From: the human T2T-CHM13v2.0 reference genome, Homo sapiens
DNA length: 64,000 bases
Reading direction: 5' to 3' (one strand)
NCBI RefSeq assembly: GCF_009914755.1
Contig: NC_060935.1
Translations under genes and position numbers: made by a program
Notes under the pieces: model-generated
What the model was told of the DNA's origin: nothing
Database searches by the model: none
What the model saw: the letters and a program-made list of their open reading frames with translations, nothing else
Part shown: positions 43,121 through 54,511 of the stretch, one piece after another
Position numbering within the stretch: position 1 is the stretch's first letter
How the letters are laid out: every line of letters begins with the position of its first letter

Positions 43121-43312
43121 GGGGCCGTTCTGCCGCTCTCCCACCTGCCCTGAGGGCGCTATGCAGCAGGTGCGGCAAAGCGCGCCTCCTCCCGCCCTGC
43201 TGCACACCTCCCCACCGCGGTGCGGGCATCGCGCTGGCGCTGTGGCACTGACCCTTCTTTGACTTTCCTTTTTTTTTTTTTTCAAATCTAATTTTTGTGG
43301 TTTTCTTTCCAG

Positions 43313-43336
43313 TATGACAGACTTAACCTGATCAAA
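43313..43336 (+). CDS. GRAMD1B: Candidate GRAMD1B 24-nt microexon, YDRLNLIK (phase 0/0)
   Basis: Long T-rich tract (43250-43310) with a CTAAT branch-like motif, then ttttctttccAG|TAT GAC AGA CTT AAC CTG ATC AAA|GTAAGA. In frame with the flanking exons and has no stop. Confidence 0.7.
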
Positions 43337-45350
43337 GTAAGAATTGTTTTTTATTTCTAACTCCTACTAAATGTAGAGCTCTCCTAGTCCCTGCCCCCCT
43401 ACCTCCTCCACACCCCGCACCTTACTTAATCTTCCAGACTCCCGGAGCCTTCGCGGTGGGAGATGTTTCTGGAAACCACCTCCCAGTAACCTGGGTCTGT
43501 TTCCAGGGGCCTTGCATTCCTTTAAGTGCTTGCTCTTCAGACCTTCTAGGAAAAATGATAGAAACGAGCATGTCCCCAACAGCTGTGTCTTTGTCCTGAC
43601 TCCCTTCTTCCTCTTTGGCCAAATCCATGTGTTTATAAGCTGTCAGAGAAGGCTCCACTGCTGCTCCCTGGTTCTGTGCCTTCCTTCCCTCTGGCCTGGT
43701 CCTCCAGGTAGGGGCGCTACAGCAAACTAAAGCCAGAGGATGAGGGACGCCCCTTCTCACCCCCAGAGGCCGGCAGCTCCTCTGACTTCCCTGCCCCTGT
43801 GGGTCTGGGTCCTTCCCGTCTGGCAGAGCCTTTGGGACTCATTTCCGGGAATGCAGAACCACGGGGATTGAATGTGCCTCTGGGCAGAGTTCAGGGACCC
43901 CTGCCCACAGTGGACAGGCTCGGGGGCTGCTTTGGACGTGGCTGGAGGGGGGACCCATTTTTCCTGTGGCCCCTCAGTGGCAGCAGGTAAGAAGCTGCCT
44001 GGAGATTGCTGGTTCAGGGCAGAGCCTCAGCACAGTCCTACTCCTTGGTATGTTTCACGTTTCTTTTCAGTTCTTTAGTACATGTTCTTACCCACGCTTT
44101 ACAAAAGAGCAAACATTAGATATAAGAGCATCACAGATCAGGTTAAAGACAGGACTGGCTTCCCTGCCTGAGGCTGTGTGTGACCCTCACACTTTGTTCC
44201 ACATAGATTTGGAAGGCACAAGCGCCGATGTGCCAGCCCATGCAAAGGGACCATCTGCTTCTGTCTACCTGGGGCAGGAGGGAGCCCCGTGCAGGAGGAG
44301 TCACAGGCATCCGGGGTCCCCCTGTCAGCCCATGTTCCTGTTGCCCCCTTTCCTCCCAGCGTCTTACACGAAGGTCACGGCATTGAGACGAGGAGCTGGG
44401 AGCTTGGGAGATGGTTTCTCCGTTGTAAAGCAGGGATCTCGTGACCTGGGTTGCATTTGAGGAAGCACAAGGAGACTGTGGGGCTGCTGGGGCCGGCAGC
44501 TCCCAGAGCGCACCTTCCTACTGCTGGGAGGTGTCTTTTGTAATGAACATCTGCACAGCCTCTTGCCCTGTGGGCTTCGGATCAGGGCTTCTGTGTGAGG
44601 ACGCAGGAAGTGAGCCATCCCTAGGCGCAGACGCCAGACGCAGCCTGCTTGCCCCATCCACCCCCTCCAGAAGGGGGTAGCCTTGGCTGCAATGCCTAGA
44701 GGCGAGTTTTCAGGTCCCGGACTCCCATGTGGCCGCACCTTTGTCAGGAAAAAATAGTTTTTAATATTTGGATTTGGGCCCTTTACCTGCTGAGACCTCT
44801 GAATTGGAGGTGGGGATGAGGCTAAGATGGGAGGGTGTGGCCTCTGGATGGACCGTGGTGACAGGTTGGGAAGTGACCCTGGAGAGCACCTTGCAGAGGG
44901 GGACTGGGAGCCTTGCTACTGGCCTCTAGTCACATCCTGGCCATCGAGGGCATGTGTGAGGACGAAGCTGCTCAGAAGCAGCCCCACCCACGCGAGGCCC
45001 CTCAGCCCCCTCCAGCTCCTCTGTGGACTGGTTTCACTGTGGGGGGTGAAGGTGGACCGTCTTTACAGAGTTCAGGTGGAATGGGGGAGATAGATCACAT
45101 GGCCACTGGTCATCACCGCGGGCACACACCCACCCTTGTGCGTAGTCGCTTCCTTCCCTCTAGACACAGCAGACATTCGAGGACCATGGCTACTCTTGTC
45201 TGCCCTTCTGGGTTGGGACGCTTTAACACCAGGTGGAGGGGATCCAGACCTCTGGGTGGAGCTAAGGTATTGATCTGTGAGCAAAGCTCCCCCACCCAGC
45301 GATCCCTAAAACTGAAAATAATCTAAGCTCCACCGAGAGATGGAGCTTAG

Positions 45351-45848
45351 GCATGTGTGTGTGTGCATGCGCACGTGTGTGCGTGTGTATGTGTGTGAAT
45401 GTATGTGTGTATATATGTGTGTCTCTGTATATGTGTGTGTCTCTGTGTGTATGTATGTGCCTGTGTGTATATGTGTGTGTATATGTGTGGTGTGTGTGCA
45501 TGTGCACATGTATTTGTGCATGTCTGCATGTGTGGGTGGTGTGTATGTGTTTGTGTATATGTGTGTGTACGTGTATTCGTGCGTGTGTGGTGTGTATGTG
45601 TGCATGTCTGTGTGAATGTGTGTGCACATGCGCATGTGTGTGTGCATGTGTGTGTGGTGTGTGTGAATGTGTGTGTGCACGTGTGGATGTGTGTGCATGT
45701 GTGTGGTGTGCACGTGTGCATGTGTGTATGTGTGTGTGCACGTGTGTGGTGTGTATGTGTGCGTGTGTGTGTGTGTCTGTGTATATGTGTGTGTACTTGT
45801 GTATTTGTGCGTGTATGTGTATGAGTATGTGTGTGTATATGTGCACAC
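45351..45848. repeat. Degenerate (TG)n/(CATG) simple repeat, ~500 bp
   Basis: Alternating purine-pyrimidine tract with at least 8 TGCATG hexamers. Confidence 0.93.
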
Positions 45849-46678
45849 AAGCTTGTCTATCTGCGTGTCCATCTATCTTTCAAGGGGGATGTACATGAAG
45901 GACTACTGGCCATAGGGCTTGAAGACAGACAAGGCACGATCTTAGCTATCCCTCCTGTTCCCCTGAGACACATTCAGGTCCCCTTCCTCCTGGGTCTGGG
46001 AATGGAGAACACTTAAGTTCTGGAGCTGGGGTGGGGTCTGTTTTGCTTGTTCTGAATTATGGCACCACTGGGTTGGAATGGACCCTTAGTGATTATGTGC
46101 TTCAACCTCCTGCCCCACGCAGAACCCCCAGGCACTCCCCGACCATTGCAGTTTAGGTACAGCCCATTTTTTGGCGCAGGAGGGATTTACTCACCCGCCT
46201 GCTGAGAGTGCAGTTGGAGGGAGTTTTAGGTAGTCCCCTTTCTACCTCGAAAGTGTCCCACCCTGCCTTTTACAGGGGGCTGTCTTAGAGCAGAAGGCTG
46301 GGTTGGCCGCCATCAGCATTTTGCTTCTGGTCAGGGCCCATTTGGGGACTGGGTCTCCAATGCCCACAGCGCGCCCCTCACCCCATCAGAACCTTGCGAT
46401 GGGGCTCCGACTCCCTTCCGGTTGAGCTCTAGCTGGTGCTGCCGCTGCCTGCCACCCCGCCCGCGGTGGGCTTCCAGCATGGACTGCTCCCGGGCCTCCT
46501 TTCTGGAACTGCCTTGAGAAAGGAGGACCCCTCCTGAGCAACCACATGGGAAGCATTCAGCTGCATTTGGACCCCTCCTCCCTGCCCACCCTCCGCTGTC
46601 TGTGTGCCCTTCCCCCTGGCCCTTCCCCCCATTTCTTCCCTGACTAATTCTACCTTCTCTTTCATTTTCTCTTTTCAG

Positions 46679-46699
46679 AAAAGCCAGAGTTGGTATAAT
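46679..46699 (+). CDS. GRAMD1B: GRAMD1B 21-nt microexon, KSQSWYN (phase 0/0)
   Basis: ttcattttctcttttcAG|AAA AGC CAG AGT TGG TAT AAT|GTAAGT. It supplies the ...NSK-KSQSWYN-VLSPTY... junction of Aster-B. Confidence 0.92.
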
Positions 46700-46741
46700 G
46701 TAAGTATTCCTGTTTCCCTTCTTGTTGGGTACCTGAGAAAT

Positions 46742-47391
46742 GGGAGGGGGAATGGAGGTTGGGGGGAAAGGGTGTGGGGTGCGATTGGGGGAGGGGGAAT
46801 GGAGGTTGGGGGAAGGGGTGTGGGGTGCGGTTGGGGGAGGGGGAATGGAGGTTGGGGGAAGGGGTGTGGGGTGCGGTTGGGGGAGGGGGAATGGAGGTTG
46901 GGGGAAGGGGTGTGGGGTGCGATTGGGGGAGGGGGAATGGAGGTTGGGGGGAAGGGGTGTGGGATGCGATTGGGGGAGGGGGAATGGAGGTTGGGGGGAA
47001 GGGGTGTGGGGTGCGGTTGGGGGAGGGGGAATGGAGGTTGGGGGGAAGGGGTGTGGGGTGCGGTTGGGGGAGGGGGAATGGAGGTTGGGGGAAGGGGTGT
47101 GGGGTGCGATTGGGGGAGGGGGAATGGAGGTTGGGGGAAGGGGTGTGGGGTGCGATTGGGGGAGGGGGAATGGAGGTTGGGGGGAAGGGGTGTGGGATGC
47201 GATTGGGGGAGGGGGAATGGAGGTTGGGGGAAGGGGTGTGGGGTGCGGTTGGGGGAGGGGGAATGGAGGTTGGGGGAAGGGGTGTGGGGTGCGGTTGGGG
47301 GAGGGGGAATGGAGGTTGGGGGAAGGGGTGTGGGGTGCGGTTGGGGGAGGGGGAATGGAGGTTGGGGGAAGGGGTGTGGGGTGCGGTTGGG
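46742..47391. repeat. G-rich minisatellite, 46-47-bp unit GGGGGAGGGGGAATGGAGGTTGGGGG(G)AAGGGGTGTGGGGTGCG(G/A)TT, 14 copies
   Basis: 14 AATGGAGG cores counted; five G4+ runs per unit. Confidence 0.95.
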
Positions 47392-50300
47392 CTTTCCTGT
47401 GGGCTTCTTTCCTTGGCAGCCCCTTTGCTCCTAAACCAGCTGCAGCGGTTATTTTCTTCAGCAGGACAGGGCAGCCTTGGGGAGGGAGGATTGCATTCAG
47501 GGGACCAAGGAGGCGTGGCCAGCTGTATCCCCTGCCTCACCTAGGCTCTTAGACAAGGGTCTGTCAACCCTAAAAGAGGAGACCAGTCAGGGAGGGAGTG
47601 GCCATTCCAGACCCTGACAGAATTCTGGTGCTGGGGCAGCCTGGGGGCCTGAACTTAGTTTTCTTCCCTTAACATTTTGGGGCAAATGCAGCGAGAAAAC
47701 TTTCCCCCATTGATAGAAGAGTCAACCCATGTGCTGGGATTTGACCCCTGTCCCAAGTACCCCTTCAACAGCTGCAAAAGCGTGCCCTTCCTACAAGGCC
47801 TCCTGGTGCTTGGGACTGTGGTGAAGGTGTGGCGTGGGGCCACTGTCTAGGTCATCCTGGGGCGCCCTGTGCAGCTGCTGCATACCTAGAAACTGTTGTG
47901 GGGTAAGCAGGCCTGGCAGAGGCCACCGCCTGTCACTCACACAAACTGGGTGGTGGGATTTGGACGTTTTCCTCTGCAGAGCAGCTGTCTGAGGCTCTCA
48001 GCTGGCCCCCGCCGTGTGTTCTGCTCTTTGGGGACTTCACAGTGGAGGGGCTGACCTCAGATGACCCTCTTTGCCTCTCTGAGCCTGCCCTCCTCACACC
48101 TAACTCTGATGAATCCTGGGAAAGCCATCTTTGCCCCCTCCCCGGACACACCAGGTTCTGCTGCAGCAGGAGATATGGGCATGGAGTAGCTGTGGCTGTG
48201 AAGGACAGAGCTGAGGAGGGTACTCTGGCCAGGGGATGGGCTGGAGGGGAGAGGTGTGGGTTTAATGTAGGGACAGGGTTGCAGATCAATTGTGTGGGCT
48301 GTGTGTGTTTTCCTACTTGGCGCTGGGCGGTTCCTCAAAGTCAGGCATGTGCTCACGAGCCCTGTGGCTGCCAACATCCTGCTGCCCAGTGACCAGCCCG
48401 TCCTGGGTGCTGTTGATTTGCAAGCCTTGGCTGCCACCTGCCCAGCACCGCAAACAAGGCAGAATTTGGTGGGCTGTGCTGAGTTGTGGAGAGAGTTATG
48501 GGCTGAGGTATCTTGGGGTGGGAGAGAAGCCACACTCTACTTCTATCTCTGAGCCACCCCCTTACCTTCTAGGAGGTTTCCTGGCCTGTGGCGTCAGAAG
48601 AGGGGAGGGGGATGAGTGCTGAGCTTCCTGGGAGCGACCCGCAGCCCAGCTGTCATGGGGACCCCAGCATCCTTCACTCAACTCTCCCTTGCACCTTTTT
48701 AAGCAGCATCGCACAAACTCAGGCCCCCATAGGGGAACAGGACCCACGTGGCTGCAGGCCTGTTAGTTCAGACATCTCCGTTTGGACAGGCCAGCCCCTG
48801 TCCTTGTTGCTAATCTCCTTCCTCTTCTCATCTGTCATTTCTCTTTTTATTGCTCTTTAGCTCAGACTTTTGTTTTGTCTCAGCCTGTGCTTCCTTGGAT
48901 TCTTCTCAGCCCTTTGCTTTCTGACTCCACCCCTTTCCTTTCCTTTAATCTCCTACCATTAGCTTCTTTCTCTGATTTCCATTCTCCCGGCTAGGTTTCC
49001 CTCTCTGTCTGATTCTAACAGGCTTTACTTCTCCCCTTCTTTCCGCCATCCTTTCCCCCTGTTTCCTTCTCCCTTAGCCTCCGCCTGAGTACTCAGCATA
49101 GCGATGGGGTAGAAGCAGATGCTGTCTCTTGGCTGGAGGATGGGGTGGGCCAGAAGTCAGGGGTTCGGATGACACATATGAGAGCCAGCGGAGGAGCTGG
49201 GCGTGACGGAGTCCTGCTTTCTGATGGTTCCACCTGCACCATGTCTGTGCAGAAGCTGTTGGACCTCAGCGACTCTGCATCATCCTCCTAGATGTTCTCT
49301 TTTCCCAGCCTTGTCCTGCCTCTTCCTCTATTAATTCTCACTTGTCTCCTTTCACCTTCCACCCTCTCATCCCAAGTGCATTACAGAAACATCCCTGACT
49401 CTCCACTTAGCTCAGATCATTCATTCTCAGAGGCCAAGCGCACAAGGGGCTCTTTGCTGAGGAGTGTGTGGGGCGGTCCTCTCCTGGACTCATGCGGTCC
49501 CTCTGGGGGTCCGCCCTCGGGTGACAGGGCACCCTGCTCCTTCAGTGTGCAGTGCTCATGTCCGTGCTTTCATGTGCAGATGCCTCCTTAGGAGCTGCAG
49601 CTGAACGAGCTCCTCTCCGCAGCACCCCTCCACAGCTGTCATCTGCGCCTCTTCAGGAGGCCCTTGCCCTGCCCCTGCTGCTTTGACCTGGTTTTCTGTG
49701 TTCCTTCAGGGAGCTCCACCTTCCTGCCTTGCCTCTGCTGGGCTGGTTGGAATCTGCCCTTCAGGCAGGATCCCTCTCCCCTTCTCAGCTTTGCTGACTG
49801 TCCCTCTATAACCTCTCTCCGGATCCCAGGGTCAGTGCTGCAGCCATTCTGATATCTGAGGCTCATTCGTTACACTAGACGTCCTTCAGATAGGTAAAGG
49901 CATTGTAACGCCCAGCCCTGGGGATGCTTAGGAAACCCCTGGCTGGAGTCAGGGCAGTGAGGGCCAGTGCCCTGCAGAATCGCTGATAGTGGCAAGAGCA
50001 TTCAGGCCCACTGGAGCAGCCTGGGTCTGGTGGGAAAAGCCCAGCCACCAACCAGTCCATGCCCCAGCCTCCCCTTCACCTGCTGCCTCTCTGCAGAAGA
50101 CAAAAGCATTTCCTTTGACATGACCAGCCAGGGAGGAGCCATTGCCATGATGACAGACATGCTTGGTCTAAAGAGTGAGTCATGCGGAGGCAAGTGGCTG
50201 GACCCCAGGGACACAGGGAGAGGCCATAGCAGGAGAGTGTCAGGTCCAGAGTGGGGTTTGAAGGCAGTGCCATCTACAGGTGCCCTGAGTCCTCCCATGC

Positions 50301-51800
50301 CCAATTATATGTACTCCTCCTTACCCCCGAAGCCCCAGTCTACCACCCCAGTCATATTCATCAGGGCCTTCAGATCAAGGGAGCTGCCCTAGTAGACATG
50401 AGATGGAGGGAAAAGCAGAAATAGGGTTTTGCCTTCAGCAGGGAGCCAAGGGCAGAGTTGAGGGGCAACCTGGCCAGGGCCACTGGGGCAAGAGGGGTGA
50501 AATTTACTCCCCCTCAGCCCCCAACGGGGCATAACATCACAGGGGTTTCCTTCCTTGGCCTCCTGGCGCATTCCTGCGGGCAGTCTTCTCCATGGCAGCC
50601 CCAGAAGGAGCATTTCTGAGATCAGAGCACAGGAGCCCAGACCCTGGCAGCCGCCTGAGACTTAGCACCCTGCTTGCCTGAAGCACCTGCAGTTAGGGCT
50701 GCAGCTTTGTGGAGGAGAGGGAGGGATAGTGCCAAGCCTGGGGAGTGGCTGGCACAAGCGAGAAAGCAAAAGAACAAAGGTTTGTAGGAATGGAATCCAG
50801 GGTGTTGGGGTTGGGCAGCGGAGAGGGTAGGAGACCTGCCTCGAACCTGGTGTTGCTCCAGGACTGACACTGCTCCTCCTCCTCTGTCTGTCTCCCCTCT
50901 CTATTTACTCCCAACTTGAAGGGTCTTCCTGCCTCCCTTCCTGAGTTTTTCAGATGAGCCCCCAGCCCAGCCCAGCCCCACCCCTTCTCTACCCTTCTCC
51001 ATAGCCCCCATGCCTGCCTCAGTCTCCCTTTCCCTCCTTTGCTCAGTTACGTCCTCGTCTCCCGTCCCACTCTGCCTTCTGCCTATCCAGATTTGGCTGT
51101 AAGGTCAGAGTTTCCTGTGTGGATCTTAACTGGTTTCTTCCTAGCTGAGATCAATGCCCCACCGAAATCCATCTGTTTTCTCCTGGGCTCCTCCACCCCC
51201 TCCTTCTCGCCATCCCTGGGAAGAGGGTACCACTTGGTCCCAGCTCCTGGTGTTTGCCGTAGAGTTAATGTTTAGCCCAGGGTCAATTCGTTCTCTGCTG
51301 GCTCTCACCCAGCCCTGCCCAGCCCTTGGCATGGGTGTGGGGGAGACAAAGCCTTCTGCGTACGGGACTCATCTCCCAGGGCTTTATCTCACAGGGCGTA
51401 TCCTGTCTCTATCTCACCCCTTACAGCTCAGGCAGCCACTTGGCCTGTAGCAATACTCAAATGTTTTTGGGTAGTTACTGTAAGGATCCAGAGCCTCCTG
51501 GAGCTACCTACAGCCTACATACTGGGGTCTGGTGTCACCCCAAGGGAGGCATTCTGATCACCTTGGAAAATGGACTTGCTACGTTTGCCTGCCACGCTGC
51601 TCGGGATAGGGCTGACATGCAGGGCGAAGAGAAGTTTGCACGTGTGCTGGGGAGAGTGTTGGCAGCAACCAGGTACTGACACGCCAAGCATATAGAATCA
51701 GGGATCTTCGTGTGTACATGTAAGATGCAGTGTCAACAGGCATCCTTTGAGAGGTAGATAAGGAATGCATTCACTTGGTAAATACTTTCTTAGCACCTGA

Positions 51801-52162
51801 TACAGTATCCCTTATCCAAAATGTTTGGGATCAGATGTGTTTTGGATTTCTGATTTTTTTGGATTTTGGAATATTTGCATATATATATAATGAGATATCT
51901 TGGGACCCAAGTCTAAACACCAAATTTATTTCCTATATCCCTTATACATATAGCCTGAGGATAATTTTATATAATATTTTAAATAATTTTATGCACAAAG
52001 AAAAGTGCTGACTGTGTTCCATTCCTACAAACCTTTGTTTGTGACCGGAATGTGTCACATGAGCAGCGTGTCACGTGAGGTCAGGTGTGGAGTCTTCTGC
52101 TTGCGGCATCATGTTGGGGCTCAAAGGGTTTCATGTTTTCAGATTAGGGATGCTCAACCTGT
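51801..52162. mobile_element. Tigger4 (Zombi/MER46)-like TcMar MITE
   Basis: Termini ...tatcccttatccaaaatg and gattagggatgctcaacctg are Tigger4-type TIRs. Confidence 0.75.
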
Positions 52163-52428
52163 CCTTGAAACATATCACGGCAAGTGCAGTAGAAGATATG
52201 AACCTGTTTGAGGCATAGATCCTTCCTGGAGGTGTCCTTCAGACAGAGTGAGACATGCTACACCATGAATGGAGAGCTGCGTCTGCATCCGTGGGGTGTC
52301 CATCTAGAGAGGGTTGTAGGAGTTTGTTAGGGGAGGGTTTGCAGGAGGAGTCAGACTCTTCTACTTTCTCCAACACTGTTTACCTGGGAGAATCCAGGTT
52401 CCTTTAAATTAGCATCTTTGGAATCTAC

Positions 52429-52731
52429 TTTTTTTGAGAGTCTCTCTCTGCCGCCCAGGCTGGAGTGCAGTGGTGCGATCTCCGCTCACTGCAACCTCCA
52501 CCTCTGAGGTTCGAGCAATTCTCCTGCCTCAGCCTCCTGAGTAGCTGGGATTACAGACACCTGCCACCATGTGTGGCTAATTTTTATATATATATATATA
52601 TATATATTTGTAGTAGAGACGGGGTTTCACTATGTTGGCCAGGCTGGTCTCACACTCCTGACCTAAAGTGATCCGTCCGAATTGGCTTCCCAAAGTGCTG
52701 GGATTACAAGCACGAGCCACTGTGCCCAGCC
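52429..52731 (-). mobile_element. Alu (S-type) with a (TA)n linker, inserted in a MER5-like fragment
   Basis: TSD GGAATCTAC on both sides. Confidence 0.88.
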
Positions 52732-53469
52732 TGGAATCTACGTTTTTACATGTGTTCACTGGGCCATTTTGAAGTACAGTAAAGTTTGGGGGCTGCTGTA
52801 TTAAATTACCAAGACTCCTAAGACAAAAGCACCATTCCTAATCCTATGCGGGCCAAGACCCTCCTGGCAAGGTGGCAGAGCTGGGGAGAGTGAGGGAGCA
52901 GCCCCATTTGTTTTAAGGGTCTGACTTTTCCTGGGAATCCACATCTTCCCCACCCCACTGCTGTCTCATCCCTGTCCCTAGCTTCTTGGTCTGGAGGCTT
53001 TCTTGCCCCATTGGCCTGGCTTTCATTTCCCTGGATTTTGCTGCTTTGAGGACCAAAATCTGTGCTTTTAGTATTGCTACTTTGACCTGAAGATCTGACG
53101 GTCTTTTTGGGCTTGGTCCCCCTCTTGCTAATGCTGAAGGTTGTATAGGGTCCATGGGAAGGAAGAGGGTGCCTCAGACAGATCCCGAAGCTGTTGATCT
53201 CAGCGTCTCCACCACCAGCGTGTCTGAAACTGGATCAGCAAAATCCCCAGGCTGCTACTGCTGCTTTGGGGAAGTTGGCGGATGGATGGGTTGGTGAGGT
53301 GTGAGAGTGTCTCCAAGAAGTCCCTGGCAACTTGAGTCTCACATTTCAGATTTCATCCTAACAGCAGTGCCCTGCCACCTCCCCTCCCTACTCCACGCCT
53401 CCATGTGGAGCCCTGGCCAGCAACTTTCCATTGCAGGAAACATCTGCTGGGGAGGCCAGGCTCAGCTGG

Positions 53470-53485
53470 GGGTTACTGGAGGACA
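53470..53485 (+). promoter_or_regulatory. Candidate LXR response element (DR4)
   Basis: GGGTTA-ctgg-AGGACA, ~880 bp upstream of the alternative ATG at 54365. Confidence 0.55.
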
Positions 53486-54364
53486 TTGGCCGGGACCATC
53501 ACCCAGATCCTGTAACTTGAAGCATGTGTAGGGCCCAGCTCTTCCCACCCACCTGCCCTGCCTCCCTTCTTCCCTCCCTCTCTGCCACGGGTGACTCTAA
53601 CAAAGAAGCTGTTTGCTGGTCAGGCGAGCAGAGCAGGGGCTGAGGAAAGGGGTGTGTGTTGGGCTGGGGTTGAGAGCAGGCCCTGTTGCTGCAGCCAGTG
53701 GTGGCTGCTCTGCCTGGGTGAGGGCTGTGAGTCATAGTCCAGTGCCCGCCCAGGGTAGAGGTTGATTAAACGTGCCACTCTGTGGGACAGACCAGGACTG
53801 GGGAGCTGGGCATTCGGTTCCTTTGCTGGAGTTTCAGACCAACGATGAGTCACTCTGCTGCGTCTAAGTGACTGGCGGGGTTAGACCCTGGACCCGGCTG
53901 TGGATCATCCTTGTCCTGCAGAATCTGCTTGTCCACCCAGGGGCCTGCCTCCCGGACCTCCAGCTGGCCCTGGGCACCTGCCATGCCATCTGCATCCTCT
54001 GGACCCTTGGGGTGACTGTCTGCACTGACCAGGTGGAGGTGCGTGACCACACCACCTCTGGGCTACTCTCTGCCCGTGGACCAGCCGAGAAGAAAGCAGA
54101 GCCCGCCATGGGAGACTGGCTGGCCAGCTTGTCCTGAGAACCACGCTGACCACCTCGGCTCACTTGTGAAGCTTCATGCTGGGCATGCAGCTCTAGGAGC
54201 AGAAAGGACACCTGTCAGAGTCACACAGGCCCTCTGCTGAGAAACCAGAGGCCACCCATCCACAGTCAAGCCAGGGGAGACCAGTTGTTTTCATCGTGTG
54301 GGGACAGTCGGGAGTCAGTGCTCAGGGAGCCAGGCGTCGTTGGGAGGGGCAGCCGTGCTGGGCA

Positions 54365-54511
54365 ATGGAATCACTGACGGAGTCGGGGGTCCTCTGGAGC
54401 CTTCTGCTGGAGCAGGAGAGCCAGCTGCTGCAGTGGTACCTGAAGCAGCTTGGCCATGCACCTGCTGCCGCTGAACACCGTTGCTGGCACGGATCTGAGG
54501 AAATCCCAGCC
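54365..54511 (+). CDS. GRAMD1B: Alternative first coding exon of a short GRAMD1B isoform, 49 aa: MESLTESGVLWSLLLEQESQLLQWYLKQLGHAPAAAEHRCWHGSEEIPA
   Basis: gcaATGG strong Kozak; 147-nt open frame ending exactly at a GCC|GTGAGT donor in phase 0, compatible with the VLSPTY exon. Resembles a rodent Gramd1b N-terminus I recall (MESLTESGVLWSLLL...). Confidence 0.72.

Noticed and set aside
45262-45915. His/Thr- and Cys/Val-rich ORFs
   Set aside because: Artefacts of the (TG)n repeat.
46604-47552. Long Gly-rich and Pro-rich ORFs (261-292 aa) on both strands
   Set aside because: They are translations of the stop-free G-rich minisatellite; only 46679-46699 has exon signals.
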